Origin: a virus
Lineage: Duplodnaviria > Caudoviricetes
DNA length: 50,014 nucleotides
Reading direction: 5' to 3' (one strand)
Virus record (IMG/VR): IMGVR_UViG_3300046719_000027
Span: 1-50,014 of that record
The translations under genes and the position numbers were made by a program. Shown here in pieces: positions 1 through 10,106 of this stretch. The notes below the pieces were generated by a model, which saw only the letters and a list, made by a program, of their open reading frames with translations, did not search any database and was not told the DNA's origin. Each line of letters opens with the position of its first letter. Position 1 is the first letter of the stretch.

Positions 1-572
1 TCAGTACTGGACGGCAAGTTAGCATTACTGGCGCCGTTCCAGTTAGAAAAATCATCCGCCCACACTATTTCTCTAGTACAGGATAGTGTTGTAATGATAT
101 CTGCTGCTTGATATGGAAGTGCACCAGAACTTGGAGCAGAGAGCACTTCGGTCGGAAGCATCTGCGATTGATCTAGCCACCACAGAGTATCCTTACCAGT
201 AATACCCCAATTATTTTGTAGGGAACGCGCTAACTCAGTTATAACTCCACTGAATCTAGGCTCTTCATGTCTAGAGTCAAGGAATGTATTGTTTGTGTCA
301 GAGCTAGAGGGCGTATCCGTAAGATATCCCTCTACTTTCTGGCCTACTTCTAGTAAAAAGTAGTCGCTTTGCGCAGCATAAAATTCATCTGAGTCAGGAT
401 GATGTAGTGGAATATGAAAATCACCCATCTGTGCTCCACCTGGCATCCCTTGCTGCATGGCCCTGACCGACCAGTTGCTTTGATGGGGGTGAGAGAGATC
501 TTCTATTAGAACGTCACCAGAATTCTGATTTAGAACTCTGTACCGAAGGTATCTTATTACCTCTTCTTCCAT
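1..572 (-). CDS. Tail protein downstream of tape measure (distal tail/baseplate hub-like), runs off window edge
   Basis: Open frame from ATG at 572 (MEEEVIRYLRYRVLNQNSGDVLIEDL...) to the window start; lies directly after the tape measure gene. Confidence 0.6.
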   Translation of the reverse strand, partial: MEEEVIRYLRYRVLNQNSGDVLIEDLSHPHQSNWSVRAMQQGMPGGAQMGDFHIPLHHPDSDEFYAAQSDYFLLEVGQKVEGYLTDTPSSSDTNNTFLDSRHEEPRFSGVITELARSLQNNWGITGKDTLWWLDQSQMLPTEVLSAPSSGALPYQAADIITTLSCTREIVWADDFSNWNGASNANLPSST

Positions 573-575
573 TTC

Positions 576-3272
576 CTAGTACAACCTATAGTTCTTAAAC
601 CAACGAGTCATTCTTTTATCTACTGCCTTAGCTAGAACATCATCATCTAGCATCAGGACTATTTCTGTGTTTTGATTGGCTGTCATGTTTGCAGAAACTG
701 ATCCCTGTGCCTTGCCTGCCCCGACGGGGAGAGCCGTAACCAGAGAATTCATTCCTTTCTGAGTATTATTTTGTTCGTTTTGCATACCGACAAGTATGCC
801 TTGAGAGATAGGGATACCGATAACTTCAGCCGCTAGCAACGATGGCGATCCAGATTTAATCGCCTGGCGCATACCATTTACAAGACCCTTAACAAATTCA
901 GCAGCCTCGCCTCTGATCCATCCTGCTAGCGAGAAGAGTCCGTTTCTTAATCCTCTGACTATGTCTTGACCAATGTTGTATACCTGACCGGGAAGCCTCT
1001 GTAGTTCATTCCATATTGCACTAACTATATTCTTAGCTTCCCTTGTTGCTGTATTATTTGCCTGAGATAAAAAGTTACCGATGATACCTGGAATTCTAGG
1101 CAACCAATAATTAACAGCAGCCACTGCGTTGCTCATTCCTTTATCTACGTAAGAAGTGAATCGTTTCCACTCTGTATTGGCTGTGATGCCTAGCCAATTA
1201 AAGAAGTTGCCAATCTCTTTAATAACATCTTTAGTCCACTTGACTATTGTTCCAAGCGCGTAACCTAGAGTATAGCTAGGGCGATCCATAAACTCATTCC
1301 AAACTTTAAATACTTCTCTCGTTAGATCGGAGAAGAATTTGGAAAGAACATTCCAGGCTGTTACCACAAATCCACCTATAGCACTGGCAAGATGCATTAA
1401 GTGGGCGGCGACCCACAGCGCAGCAACTGCTAGGCCCATAAAGATTGCCACTAAAGCGACAATTACTGTAATAACTATTCCAATTGCGATAGCAACCGCA
1501 ATTAATGTACCCATAATCCAGACTTTAATTATTGACCAAGCAGCACTAACGATCATTTCAATTTGAGTATGGTGTCGCTGCCACACGGCTAGGATATATC
1601 CCATCTCGACACTAATGATCTGCCTTATATATCCTACTGCTGTGGCCACATAGGGGGCAATCGTTCCCCAGGCCCTCATTGCCGCTGCCTTGACTTGGTC
1701 CCAATGAGTAACAAGTAGAATTGTTATTGCTATTAGAGCAGCGATTACCGCAATGGCGATACCGACAGGTCCACCAAATGCAGCGGTTATCACTTCTCCT
1801 GCTGTGCCAGCGGCAGCTCCAGTAGCGGTCATAGCGGTGGCGGCCACTTCAAGTTGAGCAGCAAATTCTATGACAAACTCAATAATTGGAATTAAGAAAG
1901 CAATTATCTTGCTTACTATGCCACCAAACCACATTATAGCGCCACCGACAGCCAAGAATACAGCTAGACTTTCTGTCATGTGCGCAACTAGATCTTGGTG
2001 CGTAGCGATCCACAGACCCATATTCTGAACCATGGGCAGGATCGTCTCAATAACTTTGAGGGCTACTGGCAAGAAGGAATATCCCAGAGTAATAACAAGG
2101 GAATTCCAGGATGCGTTAAGTTGCTTTAGCTGGAAAGTAGGATCAGATCCAGTGAAAGTTGTCCAAGTCTGCAACCACTCAGCGGTAGCATCTTTGGCAT
2201 CTTTCTCTTTTCTGACTAGACCTTCAAGATTATTGTAAAGAGTTACGATACCAGTACCGGACCGGATGCCACCGAAAGCCTTGTCCATGAGGGCACCGGC
2301 ATCTTGCGATGAAAGACCGGCTGCCTTCAGTTTCTTATCAAGCCAGGTAAGCGTATCTCCAAGACTTCCTGTTTTCTGGAGTTCCTTGGAAACGTCCGTT
2401 TGGTTAACTCCGGCCTTAACCAGCACTTTGCTGAACGTATCCACCTGTGACTTAGCATCATTAGCCGCTACACCAATAGCTTTAAGAGCATCAACGGCAG
2501 GGCCAGTAGGAATACTCATCTGGATAATAGCTGAACGCAGATAAGTAGCGGCCCTAGTGGCTGGAATACCCAGGTCAGTCATGGTGGCCAAAGCCGCGCC
2601 AACTGACTCTAATTTAATTCCAGCCTGCTCAGCAACGGGCAGAAGACCGGTAGCGAAAGCCTGGTTTAACTCTTGCAGACGCATGTTACCTTCACCGATT
2701 GTTTTGTTGAAGATAGCAGTGATCTGCTCGGCGCTATAACCATCTTTTTGATAGGCTACGAAAGCCTTGGTAACAGCGTTAACCGAATCCTCTAGATCAG
2801 CATGGCCGATTGCGGCAAGCTGAGCAGAACGATAAAGAATTTCCTCGTCAGTCTTTACGTTCTGCATTGCTGCCGGTAGGGAAGTTAGAGAAGACTGGAC
2901 GTGATAGACAGCCTCTGCTAGCGAGTCAGGATTGAATCCTAGCTGACCAGCCACTTTAAGGATGTATGTGCCTAACTCTTTCATGTCAGCGGAAGTGGCG
3001 CCGGCATGAGTTTGCAGAAGAACTAATTTAGATTGAAAGTCGGCTGCCGCCCTTGCAGCAGTAACCATACCCCCAACTAAAGCAGCGCTCCCGGCAATCA
3101 TGGCAGTGCCAAGACCGAGGGCGGCATCGCCAACTCTAGAGAATCCTTCAGCCATAGAAGTCGTCGTGCTACGCGACATTCCCATTAGGCCGTTAAGGGA
3201 ATTGCTGACATTATGCAAGACGCCACTTAGTAGGTCATAACCTACAAAGCGGAAGATTAGATCTTCACTCAC
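576..3272 (-). CDS. Tail tape measure protein
   Basis: 898 aa, Ala/Gly-rich helical; TP901-type core (TIGEGNMRLQEL...AALATMTDLGIPATRAATYLR); hydrophobic mid-section with periodic Trp/Phe; follows tail chaperone. Confidence 0.92.
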   Translation of the reverse strand: MSEDLIFRFVGYDLLSGVLHNVSNSLNGLMGMSRSTTTSMAEGFSRVGDAALGLGTAMIAGSAALVGGMVTAARAAADFQSKLVLLQTHAGATSADMKELGTYILKVAGQLGFNPDSLAEAVYHVQSSLTSLPAAMQNVKTDEEILYRSAQLAAIGHADLEDSVNAVTKAFVAYQKDGYSAEQITAIFNKTIGEGNMRLQELNQAFATGLLPVAEQAGIKLESVGAALATMTDLGIPATRAATYLRSAIIQMSIPTGPAVDALKAIGVAANDAKSQVDTFSKVLVKAGVNQTDVSKELQKTGSLGDTLTWLDKKLKAAGLSSQDAGALMDKAFGGIRSGTGIVTLYNNLEGLVRKEKDAKDATAEWLQTWTTFTGSDPTFQLKQLNASWNSLVITLGYSFLPVALKVIETILPMVQNMGLWIATHQDLVAHMTESLAVFLAVGGAIMWFGGIVSKIIAFLIPIIEFVIEFAAQLEVAATAMTATGAAAGTAGEVITAAFGGPVGIAIAVIAALIAITILLVTHWDQVKAAAMRAWGTIAPYVATAVGYIRQIISVEMGYILAVWQRHHTQIEMIVSAAWSIIKVWIMGTLIAVAIAIGIVITVIVALVAIFMGLAVAALWVAAHLMHLASAIGGFVVTAWNVLSKFFSDLTREVFKVWNEFMDRPSYTLGYALGTIVKWTKDVIKEIGNFFNWLGITANTEWKRFTSYVDKGMSNAVAAVNYWLPRIPGIIGNFLSQANNTATREAKNIVSAIWNELQRLPGQVYNIGQDIVRGLRNGLFSLAGWIRGEAAEFVKGLVNGMRQAIKSGSPSLLAAEVIGIPISQGILVGMQNEQNNTQKGMNSLVTALPVGAGKAQGSVSANMTANQNTEIVLMLDDDVLAKAVDKRMTRWFKNYRLY

Positions 3273-3520
3273 TAGTGTTGTCCATGTCTATTACGGATTC
3301 TTTGTTGCTCTTCTTCTAATTTCGTTCTTTCTTTTTCTTCGAGCTTACGCTTGTAATCTAGGGCGGCAATTATCAGCTCAATATCTCTGGGGTGAGTTAG
3401 ATACTGCTGGTATGCCTCGGAAGGAAATTTATTTAACTCTAGAGCTACGTAAGTTAGATTGGCGACGAGTCTTACTCCAGGAAAGACTGGCTGATTAAAC
3501 TCGTCTACGATATCAGCTAA
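3272..3520 (-). CDS. Frameshift-extended C-terminal part of tail assembly chaperone (gpGT-like)
   Basis: Stop-free frame with no start codon (LADIVDEFNQPVFPG...RHGQH*), +1 relative to the upstream chaperone; its TAG overlaps the tape measure GTG. Confidence 0.65.
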   Translation of the reverse strand, partial: LADIVDEFNQPVFPGVRLVANLTYVALELNKFPSEAYQQYLTHPRDIELIIAALDYKRKLEEKERTKLEEEQQRIRNRHGQH

Positions 3521-4085
3521 AGGAAAGAAAGGAGGATGCGGACTCGCTTCCCTCCTCCTTGTAACCAGAAATCTCTGTGATCTTAGTTACGATAGTTGTG
3601 ATCTCACCCGCTAGCTTATTATTCTTGATAATAGCATCGGCAGTGAGTTCATTAGGAGTACCCCAATAACCATAAGCCTTATTAAGACTAAAGGCTATTG
3701 TCCATAGACGCAATAGCTTCAGATTGATTTCTTTGCCTAGTTGTGGCTTCCCCGGGTTACGGGGCTTCTCGGCTGCCTTTCGAACGTTGTCATTTTCTGA
3801 CTCGGTCAGAGCTGCAATCTTAAGACGCCCTGCACGAGTAAGTACGTAATCAACAACTAGATTGTCTTCGTGCTGAAGCCACTGACGCGGATCAATATCT
3901 ACGGCATCTTCAGGAATCTCTCCCGCTTGCTGATTTATTAAGGATGCTCTAGCCTCTTCTTTACTAGGACGAGCAAGCTCAAAACTAGCAGTTGGAGTTC
4001 CTACAAAAGAACTCAGATCACCTGGATGTCCCTCGGCCACTTCTGGATTAGGACCATATTTTCTTGCGAGGTCTTCCATTGTCAT
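3513..4085 (-). CDS. Tail assembly chaperone (gpG/XkdN-like position)
   Basis: 190 aa between tail tube and tape measure, with an overlapping alternative-frame extension. Confidence 0.7.
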   Translation of the reverse strand: MTMEDLARKYGPNPEVAEGHPGDLSSFVGTPTASFELARPSKEEARASLINQQAGEIPEDAVDIDPRQWLQHEDNLVVDYVLTRAGRLKIAALTESENDNVRKAAEKPRNPGKPQLGKEINLKLLRLWTIAFSLNKAYGYWGTPNELTADAIIKNNKLAGEITTIVTKITEISGYKEEGSESASSFLSFS

Positions 4086-4471
4086 TATTCCTGTTCCTCA
4101 TTCTCATTAGTCTCTTGTGGCGCCTGTCTAATCTTCTGACCAACAAGCATTCTTGTCCTGTCTACTTGCTCGGTCATAACGCCCATAAGGATCTTACGTA
4201 TAATTGTCCACTGTCTATCAGAAGAGATTACAGCTTCAACGTGATCTAGAATTCTCTTTTGATACTCCCAATGCGTAGAATATATAATCTGAGCAACTTC
4301 CGCTCCTAGAGTGGGGGCGAAGCCCATAGAAGCTCCGGCAGGATAGTCTTCCTGCCGAATTTCATACTGCGGGGCTTCGCCCTCTCTGGAATCGCCTGAC
4401 TCTTCCCCTACGCTCAATATTTTTTTGAGTGTCTCTGGCGTAGGCGCTAATCCTGCGTATCTAATCTCCAT
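4085..4471 (-). CDS. Hypothetical protein
   Basis: 128 aa ORF, SD-like AAGGGG upstream, stop overlaps next start. Confidence 0.6.
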   Translation of the reverse strand: MEIRYAGLAPTPETLKKILSVGEESGDSREGEAPQYEIRQEDYPAGASMGFAPTLGAEVAQIIYSTHWEYQKRILDHVEAVISSDRQWTIIRKILMGVMTEQVDRTRMLVGQKIRQAPQETNENEEQE

Positions 4472-4501
4472 TTTTCCCCTTGTCTCTCTAAATTCTTCTT
4501 A

Positions 4502-4990
4502 CTATTGTCCGAACAAGTCCTCTGCCGTGAAAGCGATATCTTCCGTGGTGATCTTATCGGCATCCCACGTGACGGTATCCTTGGAGAATGTCACATTAAC
4601 GAAGACCAAGTAAGGATTAAGAATAACGTTGCCTGGCCAGTTAGAATTAAGTACAACCATCTGGTAGCGAGTAAATGGTGTCTGAGATAGATAGATCAGA
4701 GGGTTAGAGCCAGCAGAACCTGGAGTGGCATTACCTAGAACCATTGAGCGAGCGTACGAATTGAGCCAGTACGCTTTAATGGTCCCCTTAACGTCGTAAC
4801 GACCCCTACGATAGCCGTATCGGCGAGTGCCGAAGACCGGCATTTGCTCTAACTTCTGATCTGCGTCGTAAGTAAGGTTAAAGATTTCAGCAATAGTAAC
4901 ATACCCACCGCTGGGTCCAAGAGCCTGAAGTAGGATCTCTGATCCATGAGCTACGTTCTCTGGCTGAATCGTATTAAGGGAAGGGGACAT
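4502..4990 (-). CDS. Tail tube protein (XkdM-like)
   Basis: 162 aa, beta-rich; PVFGTRRYGYRRG..VKGTIKAYW and C-terminal TWDADKITTEDIAFTAED resemble XkdM-family tubes; SD AGGAGG. Confidence 0.7.
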   Translation of the reverse strand: MSPSLNTIQPENVAHGSEILLQALGPSGGYVTIAEIFNLTYDADQKLEQMPVFGTRRYGYRRGRYDVKGTIKAYWLNSYARSMVLGNATPGSAGSNPLIYLSQTPFTRYQMVVLNSNWPGNVILNPYLVFVNVTFSKDTVTWDADKITTEDIAFTAEDLFGQ

Positions 4991-5074
4991 TAAGTCCTGA
5001 ACCTCCTAAGCAACAATACCTCCTTAAGGTTTTTCAAGTAGAGTTTGCCCCACGATCTACCCGTGCCTCTACTT

Positions 5075-5593
5075 CTAGACATCGATAGTCATATGAACGT
5101 CACCTTCGAAGCTCATCAAATAAGCAAACATCTGAGGCTCATCGTAAAATATTTCCTGGTAGTGAGCAAGGTTAAAATGCCGGATGGTTGTCAGTCGGTT
5201 TCTATAATAGAACATAGCAGCAACCACCTGGCCAGCTAGTTTTCTGGACATAGTCATGCCTCCGAGTTGCTGATCAGTCCAGGTGGAAATCATGAATGGA
5301 TATGTAGTTCTTTTGCCAAGCCTAAGTGTTGTACCTGGTGCTTGACCTATGCCATAAATGTCAGAGAAAGTCTTTGTTCCGTAATCATGGCCAGGAAGAG
5401 ATTCTATATTAATGATCGGCTGCGTAAACTGACCGCCATTCGTAAAGATCTCAATCTGTTCGGCGAGCTGAAACATATTAGAAGGTGTAAAGATCGGCTG
5501 AGTTATACCAGCATATCCTGGAGGAAAAACGGAACTATAGTCCCACTTCTCCAGAGCATTCTGCATGATGTCATCAAAAACTTCCCAAATCAC
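5075..5593 (-). CDS. Putative tail terminator/completion protein
   Basis: 172 aa between gp10-like neck gene and tail tube; called from position. Confidence 0.5.
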   Translation of the reverse strand: MIWEVFDDIMQNALEKWDYSSVFPPGYAGITQPIFTPSNMFQLAEQIEIFTNGGQFTQPIINIESLPGHDYGTKTFSDIYGIGQAPGTTLRLGKRTTYPFMISTWTDQQLGGMTMSRKLAGQVVAAMFYYRNRLTTIRHFNLAHYQEIFYDEPQMFAYLMSFEGDVHMTIDV

Positions 5594-6045
5594 TTGTTCA
5601 TGATCTTCTTTGCTATCTCATTAGCATAAGGTTGCATACTTTTCCTAAACTCTATAACCGCTAGAGCCTTTCCCCTAGCCCAATAATGCCTACCTTTGTA
5701 ATTGGGCTTCTTCTTAAGACCGTGCTCTACCGTAGCAGGATAAAAGTATCCATTCGCTCCTTGAATAGCAGTATCCATGAAAATCTCGCCAGCACCCAAG
5801 CCCTTTGAGAAGTTTCTGGAGCGAACACCCTTTCTTAATGCGCCGGTCCTAGCGTAAGTACTTGGCGGAAGATCGTAGACAGATTTATCAATGGACTCTT
5901 GAAAGATCTTTTTGCTTTTGGTAACTATGTCGCCGACGATCCTGCTTCCATGTACGCGCATATTACCTTCGCCGGTGCGCATGTAGTAGACATCTTTTTC
6001 TACGCGAGTAAGATTCTGAATCTCTACATTGACCATGGATTGCAT
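5590..6045 (-). CDS. HK97 gp10-like neck/tail completion protein
   Basis: Basic 151 aa with YARTGALRKG and YPATVEHG motifs typical of the family. Confidence 0.7.
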   Translation of the reverse strand: MQSMVNVEIQNLTRVEKDVYYMRTGEGNMRVHGSRIVGDIVTKSKKIFQESIDKSVYDLPPSTYARTGALRKGVRSRNFSKGLGAGEIFMDTAIQGANGYFYPATVEHGLKKKPNYKGRHYWARGKALAVIEFRKSMQPYANEIAKKIMNK

Positions 6046-6050
6046 TCTAG

Positions 6051-6494
6051 TTACCTATGCCTTACACCTTCGAAAGTCCAGAAGCATCCATCAGGCGACA
6101 AAACTGGATTCTCGATTCTAAATCTATGACCTTGAGGATCAACGCCGAAATCGTCATCTTGCATAGTTATATTATTGCCGCCATCGTCTATGGCTGGGAC
6201 TTGACCGTTAAAGCGGAATACCCAGCCATGTGTAGCTTTGACGTCGCCACCATCAAAGCCAGTGCCCAAAACTCGCTTGGGAACCCAAGTCATCCATACG
6301 TTGACAGCGGCATCCATTGGGTTGTCTTGCGTTCTGGGATCAGGGTCTTGGAAATGAAGTGCATTAGGGTTGCCTGGAACGGGAATTATAGACCCTTCTT
6401 TGTGTCTGTGATAGAATTGTGATTGGCCAAAGTTATTACCTAGGCAAGTATTTCTTGCCACTGTCCAGGCAATTACCTGAGCCAAAGTAGCCAT
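6051..6494 (-). CDS. Putative head-tail stopper/joining protein
   Basis: 147 aa beta-rich; position in neck module. Confidence 0.5.
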   Translation of the reverse strand: MATLAQVIAWTVARNTCLGNNFGQSQFYHRHKEGSIIPVPGNPNALHFQDPDPRTQDNPMDAAVNVWMTWVPKRVLGTGFDGGDVKATHGWVFRFNGQVPAIDDGGNNITMQDDDFGVDPQGHRFRIENPVLSPDGCFWTFEGVRHR

Positions 6495-6745
6495 TAGACT
6501 ATCACTCCACCTCTAATATAATAGTGACAACCTCCAGGACATCTTATCGAAGGAGTAATATTAACTGGATCTACAGACTCTACTGTATGGCCACGAAGAA
6601 TTCCTCCGCTGCCACAGTAGCATCTTAACCACCAATCTCTTTCTATGGTACCTGGATGAGTGACCAATGCCAACTGCCCCTTTTCCAAGTAGAAATGTTG
6701 ACCATCTTCAAATTCTCCAACGAATTTGACGGTCAACCCCTTCAT
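6494..6745 (-). CDS. Small Cys/His protein (DUF6527-like)
   Basis: CYCG and ITPSIRCPGGCHYYIRGG motifs. Confidence 0.55.
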   Translation of the reverse strand: MKGLTVKFVGEFEDGQHFYLEKGQLALVTHPGTIERDWWLRCYCGSGGILRGHTVESVDPVNITPSIRCPGGCHYYIRGGVIV

Positions 6746-6752
6746 TCTTACT

Positions 6753-7613
6753 TTACCAAGAGATCAATGCTTGGCCGGTCATTCCGCCAACGGCCAGCCT
6801 GGCCTCATCTCTAATTCTGGCGCCCTCAGCTCTAATATCTCCAGGGCTACTCGTTTGCTGAATAATACCAGACTTTAGTGTTGTATATTTATATATATTG
6901 ATAGCTTCTTGATTCATCACTTCAGCTAGAAGAAATCTAGCGAAATGGAAAGTCATATCTTCTGGAACTGTTGGGTAAGTAGGATTACCAGACATGTCAG
7001 GAACTTGCTGATAGTAAGTTGTATATCTTACAAAGATCGGCAGGCCAGCAGTAACTGGTGGCGGATATAAATCCAAGGCTGGGTATCCAGTCGCTGGATC
7101 TCTAGCCCAACCCCAGTAACCAATTCCGTAATGATCTAGTTCTTGTAGATATTCATCTCGTATATGTCGAGATGAAGGCGAATTCAAAAGATCTTTATCG
7201 ATTCGGAACCAGTTAAGAGGGGAAACTGGCATCAGAGCTAAGTAAGCAATCTCGGATGCAGCCGTGAAGACACCAGAAGCCCTATAGAGAACATCTGTAA
7301 TTGTCTTGACTGGATAAGCGAATCCATTGGCTACGTTACAAACGTATCTACTTTGGAAGGCTACTGTATTTAATGGAGATGAGGGTGGGCTTCCAGAAGT
7401 TCCGGCAATGTTTCCCACTACAATATCACCAAGTGGCACGTATTGGGAGAATTCTTTCGCTGCTATATCGACATAGTCCAGTAAAGAGTTATCAGAAATA
7501 ATCGGCAAGCCAGGACCAGTAAAGGCAGGTGGGTTGGGATCTCCTACCTGTCCTCTTACATAACGAAAAGCATCAAAGGTTAAGGCTTGACCAATCTTAC
7601 AGGTTAAAGCCAT
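6753..7613 (-). CDS. Putative head-tail adaptor/neck protein
   Basis: 286 aa, first gene of neck block; LDLYPPP motif; called mainly from position. Confidence 0.55.
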   Translation of the reverse strand: MALTCKIGQALTFDAFRYVRGQVGDPNPPAFTGPGLPIISDNSLLDYVDIAAKEFSQYVPLGDIVVGNIAGTSGSPPSSPLNTVAFQSRYVCNVANGFAYPVKTITDVLYRASGVFTAASEIAYLALMPVSPLNWFRIDKDLLNSPSSRHIRDEYLQELDHYGIGYWGWARDPATGYPALDLYPPPVTAGLPIFVRYTTYYQQVPDMSGNPTYPTVPEDMTFHFARFLLAEVMNQEAINIYKYTTLKSGIIQQTSSPGDIRAEGARIRDEARLAVGGMTGQALISW

Positions 7614-7775
7614 TTACCAATCCTCGCAAGCGGGCGTTCCGAAGCAACCTGGCGGTCTGGTTCCATGTCTATTTTGCAACCAGATCTCACTGTGAGTAAT
7701 ATCACAGTACCAGTTCTCCCAATGTCCACCTTTATGTTTGCGATACCATCTAAAGCTTCCAAGAAGACACGTCAT
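7614..7775 (-). CDS. Small hypothetical protein (53 aa, not in ORF track)
   Basis: MTCLLGSFRWYRKHKGGHWENWYC...CEDW*; ATGA overlap with upstream GNAT stop and abuts next start. Confidence 0.55.
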   Translation of the reverse strand: MTCLLGSFRWYRKHKGGHWENWYCDITHSEIWLQNRHGTRPPGCFGTPACEDW

Positions 7776-8254
7776 TGTACTTTCTTCATAGTGATTATGG
7801 TTTCAACATGCTTCAGGGCTTGCCTTGACGTGGGCACGTATGGCCTTCGTCCGATTTCCAGGAATCCTAGCTTAGTATACAACTTGTGTGCGCGGAAGTT
7901 GGAGATAGGTACTTCTAGATAAACATCCATAGGCCAGTCACTAGACAAGAACTTAAAAAGGTCTTGCCCATAACCTTTACCCCTATGACCATCCAAGATA
8001 CCCCCACTAATCCATGGCTGCAAGTTTTCATCGTAAACAAGCAATCCATAGGCAATTGGCCTTTTATGTTCATCCTCACCTATATACAAGACTCTAAATC
8101 TATCCGAAGCATGATACTTAAAAAAGAATAATATCTGGCCAAAGATGCTAATATATTTCTGTTCTTGGGCCATATATCTTCGACAGTTATTTTTAATTCT
8201 TCTTACTATAAGGAAATCCTTAATTGTTCTAGCTGGTCTTATGCACAAACTCAC
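7772..8254 (-). CDS. GNAT-family acetyltransferase
   Basis: HRGKGYG acetyl-CoA motif A; LEVPISNFRAHKLYTKLGF motif B. Confidence 0.88.
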   Translation of the reverse strand: MSLCIRPARTIKDFLIVRRIKNNCRRYMAQEQKYISIFGQILFFFKYHASDRFRVLYIGEDEHKRPIAYGLLVYDENLQPWISGGILDGHRGKGYGQDLFKFLSSDWPMDVYLEVPISNFRAHKLYTKLGFLEIGRRPYVPTSRQALKHVETIITMKKVQ

Positions 8255-8260
8255 TATTAA

Positions 8261-8452
8261 TTAGAAAGCTATTTCTGAGTAGTTACATTCTAGGAAAATC
8301 TTATTAATTAGATCTGTCTGCATAAGGGCGTAGGTATTAAAGTTCGAACTTAAGGTTTCCGTGGGGGCGCTCGGAGGAGATCCCTTTCCCTCCACGCGAG
8401 TACGGTAATACCATTTTCCATCGCCACCTAAAAATGGGATGTATTGAGACAT
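8261..8452 (-). CDS. Hypothetical protein
   Basis: 63 aa, tightly packed, SD GGAGAGG upstream. Confidence 0.55.
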   Translation of the reverse strand: MSQYIPFLGGDGKWYYRTRVEGKGSPPSAPTETLSSNFNTYALMQTDLINKIFLECNYSEIAF

Positions 8453-9403
8453 TTAGATATTCCTCTCCCGATTGCGGGAAATTCCATCATACATAGCTGT
8501 GGCCCTAGCCAAATCTTCTCGTGTTTTAACTCGACAAGGGGCTACGGTTGCTACGAATCTAGCGCGGTCCTCATTTGACAAGTATATGTTACGCATGAAT
8601 AAGTAGAAAGTCTTAAATCTATCCCAATCTTCATCCGTCATGGAATACTGCTCAACGTAGCTAGGATTTTGTATGATCTGATGATAAGACTGTGATGGAG
8701 CTATAATATATTCTGGCGCACTTGGGTGCCAGCAAATATGACTACCATCAGCCTCGATAAATGGGGCCCTAAACCGCTGCCCCATATCGTAGATTTTAAG
8801 ACCAACTCCAAGAACTCTATCACCCCAGGCTTTCTGTCCATCAGTTTGAACTTGTCCGTAATACTCCATGGTATTTGGGTGATAAACAGCCGCCCCCGGC
8901 AAGTCAACTAACCTAGAAAGACAATCATTACTAGCTATGCCATTCATGACGGCTGGGTGAGGAACCCTTAACCCCCAGGCTAATTGACAAAGATAACCAC
9001 AATCACTTAGAGTCTCGAAATAACGCACCATTTCAATATCAAAATGGTTACGAACGAATACAAAATCATCTTCGAGGAAGATATAGTAATCATAGGTTCC
9101 GTCAGCCTTCCAAGCTGCATCAAAACTTCCATACGACATACCTATATCTGGTCTATCAATAACTTGATATTGCTTTCTGACCTCGTCTAGATATTTCAGA
9201 TAAACTGGTTCACCGCCAGTACTGACGAAAGTAACAGTAGTCCAGGGATGCTCAAATCTAGATAGACTATCTACCTGAAGCTTAAGATAGTGCGCCCTAT
9301 CTGATTCATACTGTGAGTCAGGAGTACGACGATCTCCTCCCCAACAAGCGATTACAAGGTTAACTCTGGGGTTCAATGCCGTTCCGCCTAAAAAAGATAT
9401 CAT
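8453..9403 (-). CDS. Putative glycosyltransferase (GT-A fold)
   Basis: YDYYIFLEDDF DxD-like motif; lies in sugar cluster. Confidence 0.6.
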   Translation of the reverse strand: MISFLGGTALNPRVNLVIACWGGDRRTPDSQYESDRAHYLKLQVDSLSRFEHPWTTVTFVSTGGEPVYLKYLDEVRKQYQVIDRPDIGMSYGSFDAAWKADGTYDYYIFLEDDFVFVRNHFDIEMVRYFETLSDCGYLCQLAWGLRVPHPAVMNGIASNDCLSRLVDLPGAAVYHPNTMEYYGQVQTDGQKAWGDRVLGVGLKIYDMGQRFRAPFIEADGSHICWHPSAPEYIIAPSQSYHQIIQNPSYVEQYSMTDEDWDRFKTFYLFMRNIYLSNEDRARFVATVAPCRVKTREDLARATAMYDGISRNRERNI

Positions 9404-10106
9404 TATGATCTTCTATCGGAGAAATTGGCTCAAAATCAGCTTGATCCAACCAATCGATAACTTGCTGAGCCGACGCCTCGCCATCGTACACTGGAACTCT
9501 GGAACATTCGACAACTAGAAAATCAAACATTCTTAAATAGATACCAAAGCCCTGAAGAACTTCTAACTCCATACCTTGAACGTCAATAACAACAACATTA
9601 AAAGGTGTCAGATCGATACCACCCTTATAAGCCCATACATCAAATCGAATCAGTGGAACTTCTACAGAGTTATTAACGGGAACCGAGGTCCATTCATGGC
9701 CTTCCGTTGGAATTGCCTTGTATTTGGATGACTTCTCCGTGTCACCATCTTCAGGAACAAAGAGACGTGTCTTGCCTGTTTCTGAACCCAGGGCAAGATT
9801 CCAAATTAGGGCATGATTCCAATATCTCTTCTTAAGTTCTTCGAAAGCTTGCGGGTGAGGCTCAAAAGCTAGAATTGGTCTATAGTTCTTTGTGACATAC
9901 CAAGCTAATTCTTGTCCATCATTAGCGCCGATATGTATAATTCCACGAATCTGGTAACCGCTAGTTGTTAGCCATTCTACATGAGCTTCAACGGGATCGT
10001 GCATATTTGCATAGGGATTATAGGTAACCCCTCCACCTCCTGGAGGCTGTACTAATGGCGCGCGAATACTAAAGATGCCATGAGGCGCCTCGTCAGGTTT
10101 CACCAC
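9360..10106 (-). CDS. FkbM-family SAM methyltransferase
   Basis: IHIGANDG, AFEPHP, IDVQGMELEVLQG motifs. Confidence 0.9.
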   Translation of the reverse strand: MVKPDEAPHGIFSIRAPLVQPPGGGGVTYNPYANMHDPVEAHVEWLTTSGYQIRGIIHIGANDGQELAWYVTKNYRPILAFEPHPQAFEELKKRYWNHALIWNLALGSETGKTRLFVPEDGDTEKSSKYKAIPTEGHEWTSVPVNNSVEVPLIRFDVWAYKGGIDLTPFNVVVIDVQGMELEVLQGFGIYLRMFDFLVVECSRVPVYDGEASAQQVIDWLDQADFEPISPIEDHNDIFFRRNGIEPQS

